A DNA stretch of 64,000 nucleotides. Origin: Haplodiscus bocki. Its lineage: Eukaryota. The notes beneath the pieces were generated by a model. It worked only from the letters and a program-made list of their open reading frames with translations, did not search any database and was not told the DNA's origin. Shown in pieces: positions 38,001-51,700 of the stretch. Both the position numbers and the translations under genes were made by a program. The first letter of the stretch is position 1; each line of letters opens with the position of its first letter. The stretch is taken from NCBI GenBank assembly GCA_965655095.1, contig OZ296649.1, positions 76,384,001 through 76,448,000 on the forward strand. Direction: 5' to 3'.

Positions 38001-41000
38001 ATTGGGCCTTTGTGCTTAGCTGCATTCTTTTTTGTTGTTTTCTTTGTGTTTTTCTTTAATTGTAGTTACAGGTTTGATGTCATATTTTTCGGTTAGTGGA
38101 CAGCTTGATCACAGTTTCCTGATTGCTTGAGGAGTATCAGTGTGTTTATATGTACCACTTGAAGTAGATCAACAAGTAAATCGCCTTCAAAAACCTAGTT
38201 GACTGTGTTGTCTGGTAGTTTTACTCGCACATAATAATCTGTTTCGCTGATTCGGATTTTGTGCGTCATTTTCAATTCATTGTCTTGTTTGCATTCGATT
38301 TCAAGGGAGAGAGCAAAACTGCTGCAGCATTGGTTTTCCCCGGAAAATTAGTTACCACTCAGTTGACACCTGTAAGTTGGTCCACGTAATTGCATAGTGA
38401 AGGAAGAACTGCTTTGTCTGGGAAAAACCTAGTCACGTTTTTTTTGTCAGTCAGTGCTAGTACCGGTTTTTCATTTCCGCACTTGAATTGACAAAAAAGT
38501 TCCAAGGCGTGGTTGAGGGAAAGGAACTAGTTGCAAAACTTAGATTTCTTTAGATGCACTGTTTTGAAAATCATAGATCAGAAAGAAACAGGTGCATAGG
38601 ATCTAACAGTCTCTACTTTGTTGTTTTTGACGTCTCTTTCTATCTTTAATACAAATCAACTGGAGTGATTACTATTGTCACACAAACTTACATATTGGAG
38701 ACCTCGGTTCCCAAGTTGAAGTGTTTGTGTTGTCGTGGTCTCGAGATTTTCTCTGAGTATTGGGGAGCAAATTTCATCTCATTTGTATTTTCAATTGAGA
38801 CATTTTTCCGCAATGGGTTGTAGAAAGGCAAAAGTTTTTCAAACAGATTCGTGGTCAAACTGCAGAAGAATTGTAGGTAAAAAATTAAGCATTCCAAATG
38901 CTTCACTGATTTTGGTGTAACCGTTCTTTTGAAGACCTTTTCGATTTTGTGTTTTTCATCTTTTAGACCTTCTTTTGTTGGAACATTTCTGAACAAACGA
39001 TTTTTTTTGTACAAAAACACATTCTTCTGGCGATAGTTTGAGTTCTGATCTGCGTAAGCAATTGACGTTGAGCTGTAAATTGGGTATAAGTTGTTCAGTT
39101 GATTTCACAACACATCCAATATCATCCGTGAACTGTGTGCAGACAATGGTCGAGAGGCATGGTTCTAAGTAATTTCTCATGAAGGCGCTGAATCCCGTAA
39201 CTGATCTGTTCAGACCGCTAGGCAGTCTTCAGTAGGCTATAGTTTGCAAGTAAAACTGAATCCAAGCTGTTGTACTGGAGAGGAATCAGCTATTTGTACA
39301 CAAAAGTAGGCTTGAAACAATCTAGTTTACGAAATATTGATTTACCAGCAAAATGAGCTATCGTACCTGCCACCGTTGCAATCGGGAGTTTGTTATTATA
39401 ATAGTCTTGTATGAGAAGATGATTTATTCGGCGCAAAACCATTAAAATTCGAAACTCGCTGTCTGGTTTGCAGTGTGCAGACATTCGACTGCTTTATTTG
39501 GAATTCTTCAGGCTCATAATGTCGCCGAAGTATTGTAGAAGATCAAACTCTACTTGTAGTTTTTCACGTATAGGGATGAATTTTAGACGGCTTGTTTATA
39601 AGCCAGTTGGTTGTGCTCAGAAGTAAATCCAAAGTAAAATCTGTGCTTTGCAAAAAAATCTGAAAAATCGACCAATAACTCTTCGACTTGTTGTTTTTTG
39701 TGCGCATTGACTATAGAATCGTTTCATTTCAATCTCTGCAAGAAACGGTTGGGGTGTTCAATATTATTGTGTTGGCCTATACCATCTAAATCTTGTAGTT
39801 GCTGGAGTTCAATGAATAACCTTTTACCCACGCTTTTCAGTGTTAAAGGGTTCTGGCATGTTTTGAGCTTTGGGAACCAAAACTTTTTGTATTCTGGTTT
39901 TGGTTAAGGTAGTTGAGACTCTGCATCAACATCTTCATCAATTATCAACCGGGTGATTTCCTGCTCAAAAATTTCTGGTCTTCTTATTTTAGCCAATGTT
40001 AAAATTGCGGGTCCATCGGAAAAAAAGTTTCCGCTTGTTGTTGTGGAGGATTTTTGAAGTACGCATTTTCCAAATTTCGGTGAAACCTGATATCCCGGGT
40101 TCGGCGGTTAAAAGCAGATAGGCAAAAAATTCAACGGAGTCAGTTCGCGATGAAGAAGAAGTGATGCAAACTCCAGTCTTTTCTTCAAAACTTACTTTCG
40201 GTTCGAATATACCAAATAGAGCAGGCAGTCGTTTGAGTTTCGCTAGGAAATTAAATTTTAGTGTTGGTTGTTGATTGAGGACAATGACGCATTTTTCTAC
40301 TGTTCTGATAGTAAATTAGATTTTTCCTGTTTTATCTGATGGGTTGATCAACTGGAGCGTCAAGTCTGGTAATTTCATCATGTTCTCTTTCTAGTAAAGT
40401 TCAATGGAGTTATTTTTGAAAAATGGATATCCCAAAATGAAGCTATTCGTGTTTGGAGGTACTGAAAATTGATTTTTGAAAAAGCATTTGTTATGGAAAT
40501 TTCGAGTTGTATTTGGCCACGCACAGGTGAAAAACTTCCTGAGGCTATTTTAATTTCACTGATCTGAGAAGTTTGTGAGAATTTCGCTGTTCATGCGAAC
40601 GAAGAATTTAGGTACTCGTAGTGTCTTTCAATGATTAAAATTGCACAGGCACCAGCGTCTAATTTTGCTTTGTTTTGTTGGTTGTTAAGGAACTTCAGTG
40701 GGACATAGGATATGCTGTCTCCTTCAAGAAAACTGCATGCAGTTGTTTGATTTTGCTCGTTTTCCGTCTTCTGTTGCTGTTCTTCATACTAGCGCGGCTT
40801 CAGTGGTTTTTTGGTGCGGTTTGATACGGCATTTTTTGATTGCTACTCGCTAGTTTCGCTTGGTTACAATCTCTTGCGTAACGAATTGGTGAGCCACATT
40901 TGTAACATATCTGTTCAGAATACGTTTTTTCTGCGATATAGTCCTGGTTCTTTGATTCTTGGACTTGTGGTGAGTTATAATTGGAAAAGTAGTTGTATTT

Positions 41001-43699
41001 AATTCTATTTTGATTGCCATTGAAGTAGCTTTTGTTGTTATTGAAGTGACCTCGTTCTCTATTGTTGACATAACTGCGTTTTATAAATCTTCGCTGGTTG
41101 TTGAATTGGTAATTACATCACTGTTGAGCATCGAAACTGTTGTTGCCTGCAGTTGGATTTTGGTGGCTGGGAACGTTGAAGGTATCGATTTTCTTGGACA
41201 GATTTGCCTGTTGTTCATTCAGTTCGTGTTCTTGCTGTGTTAGTTATGTTTTTGTTCCAACAATGTTTTTTGACAAAGTTGAAATAACCCCATTGAAGAC
41301 ATCTTTTGTCCCGTCGCCACTTGGGCAAAGCTCAAAAAAAACATTTGGCGTTTTGCGACTGTACAAAAGTTTTTTACTGTTGTTGCCTCATTTTGGTCCA
41401 ATAGCTTCTTCTTGATGAAGTTTGCCATGCCGTTCCTGGAGTTTTCCTTGGTTCTCATTTGTCGCTCGTTAACTGCATTATCCAGTCTTGACTGGTTGGC
41501 ATCTTCCGCGTTCTGAATTTTGTCAATTTCTGTTTGGTTGTTCGGTGGGTCATTTGTCGGAATTGGTGGGTATACTGGGTCAGGGTAGTTTTGTCTTGCT
41601 TTAGTATGCACTTGTACTGAGAGCACATCTGTGCTACAGTTTTTGCGGTCGAATTTCAGGTTATGAAGCTGTAGTTTGTGAAATTCTCGGAGGTTTGGTT
41701 AGGAAAAAATATTTCTGAGTGCTGCTATTGCTGTATCAAAGTCATCACGTGTTGCTTGTGGTAGTGTACTGAAGAATTGTAGGGATCGATGATGTAAGTT
41801 CAGTTGCAGAAATTGGGTTTGGTTGACTTTTGGTACATTGCCAACTTTTATCAAGCTTCTGAGAAAACTTTCGAAATATGGCGGGTGTTCATATACGTTT
41901 CCACCGATTGGGTTCAGATTAATACATGGTTGTGGATTTGCAGCTGCCATTGTTCTCCAATTGTTGTAGTCCTCACGTCCTCTTTGTCATTATATAAAAC
42001 GTTTTAGGTATTTTTGATTTGACTTTAGGTTTCAGTTTCCATTGACTTGAAATCTTTCTTTAGTGGCCGTCTTTAGTGCGTGGTTTGAGGAAAACTCAGT
42101 TGTGGACTTGCAAAAAATTTTTCAAAATAACAGTCAACTTCTCATTAGAAAACCGAAGGGGTTCTCTCTCATTAAATTTTCTTATTTACAGCCTAATAAT
42201 AAATTCCTTTTGTTTTTTTATCGTGCGGAAATTAGAGTTCAATGTGTCCTCGTGGCATAAAGTTTCCTTGCTGATATTGGATAATTGTCTCGTGTCCGCT
42301 GGTTTATTGCTTATCTAGGTTTAGAAGTAGGTGCGTTGTCGGGAAGCAATCTTCCGACTTAGTAGCGTCAACACTTTTTGGTTCACTAAAAAATCAAATT
42401 GTTACATGCATTGCGTTTTTTCTAAATTTAAGATTTAAGATAATCGTCAGCAGATTTTTACACTAATTATTACACTAACTGAATCAAAAAAACATTTCCA
42501 TCTGTAACTGAAATAGGCCTTTCTCTTTGACAAAAACTCTAGTGTAAATCTGTTTTTGAATCAGTTGTTAACACTTATCATTCATGTTTTCCAGGTGACT
42601 CCATTTTGCTGCCAAATGCTCACGAACTTTTCATAGTAAAGAGCGCGAAAAAGAACGAGTAAACGCAAAAAAGAAGCCATTTTCACTTCTTGTGGTAGAT
42701 GATCAGACTCTATTGTGACGTCAAATGCAAACTTTGCAAAGAATAACAAAACTAAACGTAGGCCGGCTACCAAAATACATTTTCTCTTACACTCACAAAA
42801 TGTAACAAGATAACAGTGTAACACCAGGATTCAAGTTCAGCTTCTCAAATACGAAAAACACGTTGGAATGCCATGAATTCAAAATACAAAGGCACAAAAT
42901 TACACGGAGAACCAAATTTAATTTTTTTGCGAGAAGTTCAAATCTTTTCCTCAAAAAATAGTTTTCTGGGAGAGAACTTTGCTGGTTGTGTCGTAGGCAG
43001 ATTTGAGAAATATGGTGAAATTATTAAATTCATCGTGAAATTGCACACCCGGAATAAAAACTGAATGTTGAACGAAAATTTGTTCCAATTATGAAACATT
43101 GGGTTGAGAAGAATACAAAAACGGAAGTAAAATACACTTAGGATTAAACTAAGTTTGAAAAATTGGGTTAAAAAACACATCGTGAAAAAACGAAGAAATT
43201 AAAAATTTACATATCAGTGACTGATTTGAGGTTGCATACGAAATATCTTCGAAACTTGTAAGAAAGTTAGAGCTGCACACGTAAAAAAATCCCAAGCAGG
43301 AATTGCATTCAGATAAAAGTTGCACTCTGCCCATCTTCACTAATATTTTGAACTTTATCAACGTTGAAACAAATAAATCCAGGACCGTGCGTACCGAAGC
43401 CAGTATTTGTGAGGAAAAGCGTAAAAGCGACCGTGATCAACTAATCATAGTAAAAAAACAGTCGTGACCAATCTGCAGATACTTCTAAGTGTGTAAGGCC
43501 CGATACTGTGTAATATGTAAAAAAACATCTAAAGTTTCAAAAAGTGAAGGATAGATCTTTACAAAAGGTCGTCTTATTTCATGATTCATTACATGGAACA
43601 CTTGAAATAGACTTAAAAAAACACCACTAGATGCTCGTCCAAATCAAAACGACAGCATTTCTTCCTATACTGCAGTGGAAATAGCGTCTTCAAAACTTT

Positions 43700-44700
43700 G
43701 TCCACAAACCCAGCGGCACCTTGTTACACGAAGTATGTGACTACCTGAAAAGGGAAATTCATTTCGTCAATATGTATGTAGCCTGACACATCGGATTAGT
43801 GATTCTGACCATTATCGTTTATCTTGACTGCAAGCCTTGAGATAAATTTCGAGACCACCATCGAAACTTTGAGGAAACCTGTACATACAAAGACTAGCAG
43901 ACTGAAGTTACTCTTCCCGACATCTAAATACTGATTTTGGACATTCAGTTTCTCCTGTGGTTCTTGGTATTAGTGAGCACTTTTAAACTCTCTCTGAGAG
44001 AAACTCGTGACTGGAGCAATGATTCTGACATCGAAGTACATTCTTGGAACACAGGACTCCCAGAAACCGCTTGCATGAAAAAAGAGGCAACCTCCATTTT
44101 CGGAACATGTTGATTTGCGATCGAAGGATTCACCTTCCATCGCCTGGATTTACCACTCTACTACTCGAAGTCAAAATGAAAATCTTTCAAGTTCAGTTTA
44201 ATTGTAGCTCGTATTTTCTCATGTTGCATGTGGCTGTAGCTTTTTTTCACGAAGCATGAAATGGGTACCGGTGAGCTCCCCCTAAGTGGACATTTCAAAT
44301 GTATGTTTTTTGGCTCCTAGCTCCTTCAGCGCAACAACGTCACGAATAAAGGACTTGGCGAAATCGAAGTCGTATCCCTTCAAGGGCAAAAGCAAGGCGC
44401 CAGCTTGGCTCATCTTTCGTGGAAACCAGTCAAAGATTGTATTGTTGAATTTCGTCTGGATCGCTTTTCGGGTTCTGGTTTTCAAATTCTGTATTCCCTG
44501 GTTGAGTTTTTTTGATCTGATATAGTGTTTTACACTCCTGTAATTCCGCCGCAGCTTTTTCATCGATTTTTTTCCGTTAACAAAATTTAAGAGTCCAAGC
44601 CGTTGCTCCTACCATCCAGCATCAGGATGTTTCACCGACCCCTGTCCAACGACAGGAAGTGAAGCGTTCACATCATCGGGCGCATAGACCAACTTAAAAA
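43700..44700 (-). pseudogene. BTB-BACK(-Kelch?) remnant 1
   Basis: SPFFKLVY (BTB-like); TIFDW...GALLLPL...FAKSFIRDVV (BACK C-terminus-like); SRRWKVNPS (Kelch-like). Confidence 0.4.
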
Positions 44701-44739
44701 AATGGTGATAAATTTGTGATGCTGAATAAAAACAAGAAA

Positions 44740-45720
44740 TTTACGATCGGTAAAGAAATATCATTAAGATAACAATACACTGAAACTGGCTAACAATTTC
44801 GACGAATTTGACAGAGCCGCTATTCAGTTACGACAGGGAGTATACTTTATTAAGACACCATTACGTTAGGTTTTGATGGACGAGCTAAAGAGAACCAAGA
44901 ATATCTCCAAGCAAGGGCGAGTTTTGGCCCACATTCTCCTTACCAGGGACATTTCAGCAAATTGGGACGTTGACGGTTTGTTTTTGTGGCCCTAAACCTT
45001 CCCAGCAGTTTTGCCTGATATTAGTAGATTTTTCTTCAAATAAACCTAAAAGATGTGTTTTCCTCTCTTCTGATGTTGAAACAGACCACACGCAAATTAA
45101 TTCTATGTTTTCTTCGCCTTCTTTCTGCAGTGCAGAAGATACTATAGTCATCAATTTCTTATCTCACCCGATCACTCGTTGCTTCACAAATACTCCTTAA
45201 TTTCACCTGAACTCCACCATCGGAAACTTTTGGTATCAGATATCACTCCTCCTTTCATTTGAATTCAATCAGCAGAACTTCTTTTGCACCAGTAATCATT
45301 GCTCTTTTCGCGAAAACTCATGCCATTACCTTTTTGAACACCTTCAACAACGAAAACGTCTGATTGCAACTTAGAGCGGATAAATAGTCTCAAAACCGGG
45401 AAAAGACGAATCAAAGCCTGAAAAAGGGAAGTTCTGTCATATTCAAGATCCGAAAACAAAAATTTTCAAAATTTTGTCAGAAAATCCTCCACGTACAAGA
45501 AAAAATCGCTTCGTTTCATAGTTGTTAATAATTAAATAATGAAAAACGCCTCAGTAAAGATGAAAGTTCCCGAAAACCGTAGTTTCCGGAAAAAATTCGA
45601 CCAAATTAACGCTCAAAAAACTAAGTGGAAAAAAAACGAAATTAAATATCTTATACAAAAATAAACAAAGCGCTCTGACTCAGTAAGCAATCGCTAATTT
45701 TAAATAAAAGAGTCGAGGTC
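44740..45720 (-). pseudogene. BACK-PHR-like remnant 2; N-terminus probably at 54500-54760
   Basis: BACK-like SDFF..EDFL...DRTSLFQAL. The C-terminal part is clearly homologous at DNA level to 54815-55060 (cgagttttggccccacattctc versus cgaattttgaccaacattctc). Confidence 0.45.
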
Positions 45721-48700
45721 AGTAATTCTCGGAGAATCGCTCCTGCAGGAGGTTCTTTGTTCCAAGATCCCGTCTTAAGAGTTCCTTATAAAGTCACATG
45801 AAAAAGTATAAATCGGCAGTGAGAGTGTGAAACAACATAGAAAACAAAAACACAGTTTAGGCGATCAAAAATTATTTAGGAAAGTAGTGTCAGGTCGGTT
45901 GAGTAAAACGATGGTCACGGTAGTTCCAGGATAATGTTACCGAAACCCTTCATTGGCTCCAATATTTTTGATATCTACAAAACGATTTTCGAGCTTTTAG
46001 CGGATCACCAAAGATGGAGATGACCTAGAACGCCGGACGGAACAGAAGATGAAAAAACTGAGAGGCCGGACTGTTTTGTATTCCGGCTTGTAAAATCAAC
46101 AATTCTTATCTACTGCACTTTAACGGACGCGCACTACGGGAATTTTGAGAAGAATGTTTGAGCTTTCAGGCCGCATTAATCTGAGAAACAAGTCATGATC
46201 CAGAGAAGACCTGCAACAAAATGCAAAAAACAGGTGATTCAATAACGATTTCTTTGAGAGCTTCGCAGTGTTTGGCTTTGAAAATGAACCCGAAGGAATT
46301 GATTGAAATTTGGTATCAGTTGGTACTCCGTGGATTCTTGGAACGAGTGTACAACAGTCTATTCAGACTTGCTTTGAGAAAAAACCTCGTAGATGCAGAA
46401 CTGACAATCGAAACAGTTTTAAAAGAGGCACTGCATTCTGAAGCCGTTTTTGAATTGAGAAAGAAGAAAAGGAACCCAAAGTCCCAGTTTTGCAACCCCA
46501 ACATACAGAAAAGTTGATTGAGTAAATGAAGATTTTTGTTGAATCTTTGTCTCGCTCGCGGTTTTAGCGGATTAAAAACCGTGATTCGTTTCGGTTTCGA
46601 TAAAGGAACATTTTCAGAAGGTGGAGATCAAAAGATGGTAATCAAAACAGAAGAATTGGGGATCGCAGCATAGGAAGCAGAGGGCGTAGCAACTTTAGAG
46701 GAGGCATATACCGAGCTCAAACTCCATGAAGTTGCAGAGGAAGGCGCTAGCGATCAAAATCTTGCAAGAAATTATCTCACTTGGGAGAAAATTGGGATTT
46801 CAACTGCGCACAAGATTGTAACTGGGCAAGGAAGTTCAAACTTTGCGTCCAGTGTGGAAATACAACCCATCTCAAGAAAACAATGCCCCTTTGTTAAAGT
46901 GTAAAAGGTTGTTCTGGAGATGGCGCCACACTAGTTCAATCGTTTTATAGCAACGGTGGACCGCCCGAGGGAAATGAAACAAGGAGAACACAAGTAAAAA
47001 ATTCCAAGCTGCTGATAAAATGCAACCTGTCTTCCAAAACCATAAATAGCGGCAGCATTGCATGTCAAATTAGCTGGAATTTCATACAATCAATGCAATT
47101 CAGTGGTTCACCGAAAACAACAAACGAAAACCTGCTCAGGTAAACGCCCGTGAAGGTAAACGCCCGTGAATGTAAACGCTTATAAATCCAGTCGAAATCT
47201 TCGCAGCCGATACTTTTGTTGCTATGTTACCACCGACCATGGACACAATTCCTTGTCTCCCGGATTTTATTTTTTTGACAGTAAATGATTGTATTTTGTG
47301 TGCCAAAGAACAAAAACACTTTCGCAAAAAATTAAGCCGAACAGTATGCCTGAACCAGAGAGCAACGACAAAGAGGTCAAGGGATCGGAGAACAAAGTCA
47401 ACACAAAATAGTCCAGCTAAGAGCGACAAATTACTGCATTGCGAAATATGAAACGACGAATAATCAAAAATTCAGAGCATCGAAGAGATGGTTACTTCGG
47501 TTCGGACTTTCCGGGATTCAAGTGGACTCTGCGTAGCACAAACATAAATTAGAGGTTTTGATGGACTTTTTTGGGGCTGTATAGTGAACTATCAAAACGA
47601 GAGGAGTTTTACAAACAAAAAATCGTGGGTGGGGATACTTGAAATTATTCGGGTTAGCATCAAATATTCTCTGTGCAGACAGAACTGACAGCATTCGTTG
47701 AACAAACAATTATTTTCGGGAACTCCATCAGCCTTGACGACCAACACTTATCCTTGAGAAAACTAAAGAAAGTCATAACTTTATGTCAAAAGTTACCAAA
47801 AACGTTATCGAAGAGTGCCAAAGACTTGGTTTTAGAGAACAAGATACAAAAACAAATCAAACTGATACTGGTTACGGAATCAATTTTTTAGGCTTCTGGT
47901 AATATGAGTTCCGTGAAAAGAGAAGCAATGGTACAATTTCTGGAAGGACTTGTTGAGACGGATCTAACGACTCCAACACATTCCGATTGGGCTGTTCCAA
48001 GCATCTTGGTGCCGAAAAAGTTTGAAACATACCGTCTGATTCTGGACTACCATGGTCGTAACGAAAAGAACTTGTTGGCTTCTTCGAAGAAATAAAGATG
48101 TGATCAATAGTTTAGGAGTTGCTTTGTTTTTCTCAAACGTTGATTTGACGTCAGGATATTATTTTGCTCTAAAAGTATGGAAGAAAGATGAAGTATGACT
48201 GTTTTCATTACTCTCATGTGCTGCTACAAGTAGTAGCGTCTACCAATGGAACTCGCTTCAGGAACTGGTACATTTCGAAACCCAATGTAATTGGTTTCCT
48301 GTAGGTGTATTTGGACGACCGGTTTGAGGAACTTCTTGAGAAGCATTTACAGCGCATGGAGCTGGTGATCACGCGACCCGAGAAAAACGGTCTGAAGATT
48401 GAAGGGTCCACATTAATTCCCTCTCAGAAGAAAATCTTTTTCAGTACATATTGTCTCAGAGAAAAGAAAAGAATTGAATAAAGAGAAAGTGGCAACAGTT
48501 AAAAAAATGGAAATAACCATGCAACTTAAAAACGGCACGTGTAATCGGAGTTTCGAAAGAAATTCAGGAACTCAAAATCAATCACAGAAGAATGGATGAA
48601 GTTTGTTTGGATGAAAGATTGCAGGGGTGTGGAGCAAGACTTGAAGAATACACTTATTTTGGCGCTTATTTTGGTCCACTGAGACAGCCGCGATGAGTAC

Positions 48701-51700
48701 ACGTTAACCACACACGCATCACTAGTTGGCCTTGGTACAATTTTGGCTCGAAGGGAAGCACTATTGAATAGATTTAATGCATATGCTAACAAGTCACCTC
48801 CCAAAATTGCAAAGAACTGTCCTGCAACGAACGCGAAGCTTTTCGAAGTAGTGCACTTTACATATGACTTTAAGGATTACTTGCTGTTCCCTAATTTTGT
48901 AATTGTCACACATCAATACAACGCTGTTACGATTGCAGATTTTCAAAGATTTTAACAATGTGACTGCGAGTCGGTTTTGAAAAAGTGCGGCAGGTTGACG
49001 TCGAAACAAAACAAAATGCGTTAAAAAAACTGATCTCATGCGGACTGTCTGTCACGAATGCTAGTCAAAGAGAACAGCAAAGTCACATTCATAAGTGCGA
49101 TAAAAGAAAATCTGTACACAAACTGAGACCTTTTTGGATAATCGATGCCAATCAATTTTAGCCACTGTCCGCAAAATCTTCCAAAAGAAACAAAATTAGG
49201 TTGGAAACCTCGCCAAAGTCTTTGGCGGCAAACGAATCGGAGACCTGATCAGCAACACGTGAAGGTGCCTCAAAAGAACTGTAGAGGGTTTGGATTGATT
49301 TTAGAGAAATTGAGAAAACTGTCGAGCTACTCTTCTTGAAAAGACAACTTGAGAAAGTTGGACAAGTAATGCAGCAAATACTTTTTACTGAGACTCAATT
49401 TCGACATAATTTTCATTCATTTCTTGAGTCTCCGTGGACGGGCCACTTTGATCTCGAAAAACAAGTCAGAAGGCCCAGGAGCTTTTTTTATCCCGCATTA
49501 AGCGTGATATGCGGGAATGGGTTGATAAAGTTACTAAACACCTGAAAAGGTAGGGAATGCCGGAGAAACAGAAACATAGTCATACAATTGGGCAACTTAG
49601 TCTCCATTTCTGGCGCGGGCCCGCGGATCTTTGATTCTGAGGGTTGCGAGTACAATTTATTAATCCTGGACCAGTATAGCGAAAGGTAGAAGTTCGTGAG
49701 AATGCAAAATAAAGAAGCACAACCTGTTGCCTGAACGTTGGTTGCAATGTTGATCACGAGATCTGGGTGCGCTGTCAACCTTCACAGTGATAAAGGAACA
49801 AACTTCATGTCTAACTTCTTCCAGAAACTCTGTAGGATTTTAGGAAGTGAACGGGATTTAGCGAATTCTTTCCAACATGAAAAAAGCACATTGATTGAAA
49901 GCACGAACAGCATAGTGGGAGAAACCCTTTCAAAGCAAGTGGCTGACAGGAGCATTGGTGGAAAAGTTATCAAAAGCTAAAAACAATGCCCTACCGTTTT
50001 TCAGATCAAGCACTAACAAAAGATTGCCTCTTTTGTAGTCCTAGGAAAGACTTGGAGACAGCAAAAAAGCTGCTTGCACGAGACAAGTCGTTAGGAAGTT
50101 TTTCTAATACAAAACGACTCCTTATTTTTTAAGGAAAGACAATTGCAGAAGGCGTATCAACTGATGAGATTAGAAAAAGAGGTAGAACAGAGTTGCCAAA
50201 GGACAAACTACGAGAATTATGCTCGTGGTTCCACATTGACTGAAAGCAAACAAAATCTTGTTTCCGTCCCAACCTTGAAAACTGGTGAATTGGAGAGATT
50301 CGGTTTTTTACAATGGATACTACACAATTGTGGAAATTGCCAACGATCTAAACTTTCAGGTTTAACTGAAGGAACAAAAAACTTATGTAAAATTACTTTC
50401 AGATATGATCAAAAATAACACAACAAGGCAGCAATACTTATTGCGAAACAAAAGCTGTCCGAAGCGAACGGAAAAGGTTCACCGGTCAACGAAGCGGATG
50501 ACGCCTTCATTGAACTTGAAAAGAAAAAACAGGACATCCAGGTCGTACAGAACGTAACAGTTTAGCACATCGGAGACACCGCATTGTTGCGCTTCATGGA
50601 AACGATCAAGCGAACACTGAATTCATGGTGGACAGTTAATAGCCTGAAAGGACAAAAAATCTTGTTTGGGTTCGAGGAGAACGTAGCAATCTATCACAGT
50701 TCTTTAAACGTTGCAGAAACACCTTGAGCGAAGAATCTTACATAAAACTTTGAACTTCCTCCCAGGGAAAAAAGCACTCGATTCCGCTCAGGTCCAAAAC
50801 GATTCGCTGATTACCTTGTCGATAACGAAGTTGATAATTCTTCTAAAGGCCATGAGGTTTTTTCTTCTGGAGGTAAAGGACCAGTAACCATGGACAAGAA
50901 AGGAGACTTGAACAATCAACGTAGGCAACTGTACGTAGCAATTTTGATCCACAATATCGTCAGCGGGATCAATGGGCGACGAAGAGAAGACAGTGGGACC
51001 TCAAGCAAGGCGTAACGAGCTCAGTCTTTTCCATAAGTGACCGACAATTATGCTCTCTGAATTGGAGTGTCAAAACCAATATAACCGGAGCATCAATCTA
51101 TCTTCACGAAAACACTCAAGACGTATAAATGAGACTGTGCTATTTTCAGGCCCATACAGTGTTGCAAAAATCGAAGAGGCTAACGTATGCGATGCTGACT
51201 TTTTTACCACCAAGTATAAAAAAACCCGATGTTTCACCTGATAGCAGATAGAACTTATAGAACTTGTCGGTTGGCATATGCAGGCATAGGATTCAAGTCA
51301 CCAAGTCTTTGAAAAGAAGGATTTCAAATGAGTATCACCGAAATCAATAAAATGAGCATCCAGAGGCGGAAACGTTCCAAACTTTTGACAACTCGACGGG
51401 CTTCAGGAATCAGAAACGTCGTGGAGCAGGCTTTGCACAGACTGTGGATTAAGTCACGCCACTACGAGTTGCTTTTGACGGATCCGTATTGATCAAGGGG
51501 AAACTTACGATAGGCCGGCCATGGTGAATTTTTTTACTTGGCAGAACTCTTCTGCAAATCAACTTTTGAGATTAGATTTGCTGGAAGACATAGAGCACGA
51601 TTTTGACTTTTAATTGGCTGGGAAAATATCAAATTGTGTTTGCTGGAAAGTTGTTATTTTTACAAACGAACAGGAAGCAAAAAAGTTTCGGGAATCGAAA

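Larger units (their letters stand above)
28012..42575 (-). mobile_element. Decayed env-bearing Ty3/Gypsy (retrovirus-like) element with atypical termini
   Basis: gag from 41950 (MAAANPQP...FLQLNLHHRSLQFF); protease LDAGA at ~40650; RT (RRINHLL, FAGKSIFRKLDC, QFTDDIG) 39560-39000; RNase H ~38700-38330; integrase (KYVLTAVDVFNKFLFAVPL, YHTSLGCVPTVIFHGR) 37800-36800; env 35000-33150 plus 28735-28597. Termini AGTGTTAGCAA / TTGTTAACACT. Confidence 0.85.

Noticed and set aside
28012-42575. Polinton/Maverick call from AG...CT ends and a possible 6-bp TSD
   Set aside because: The contents are gag, protease, RT, RNase H, integrase and env. No polB, ATPase or capsid, and no long TIRs.
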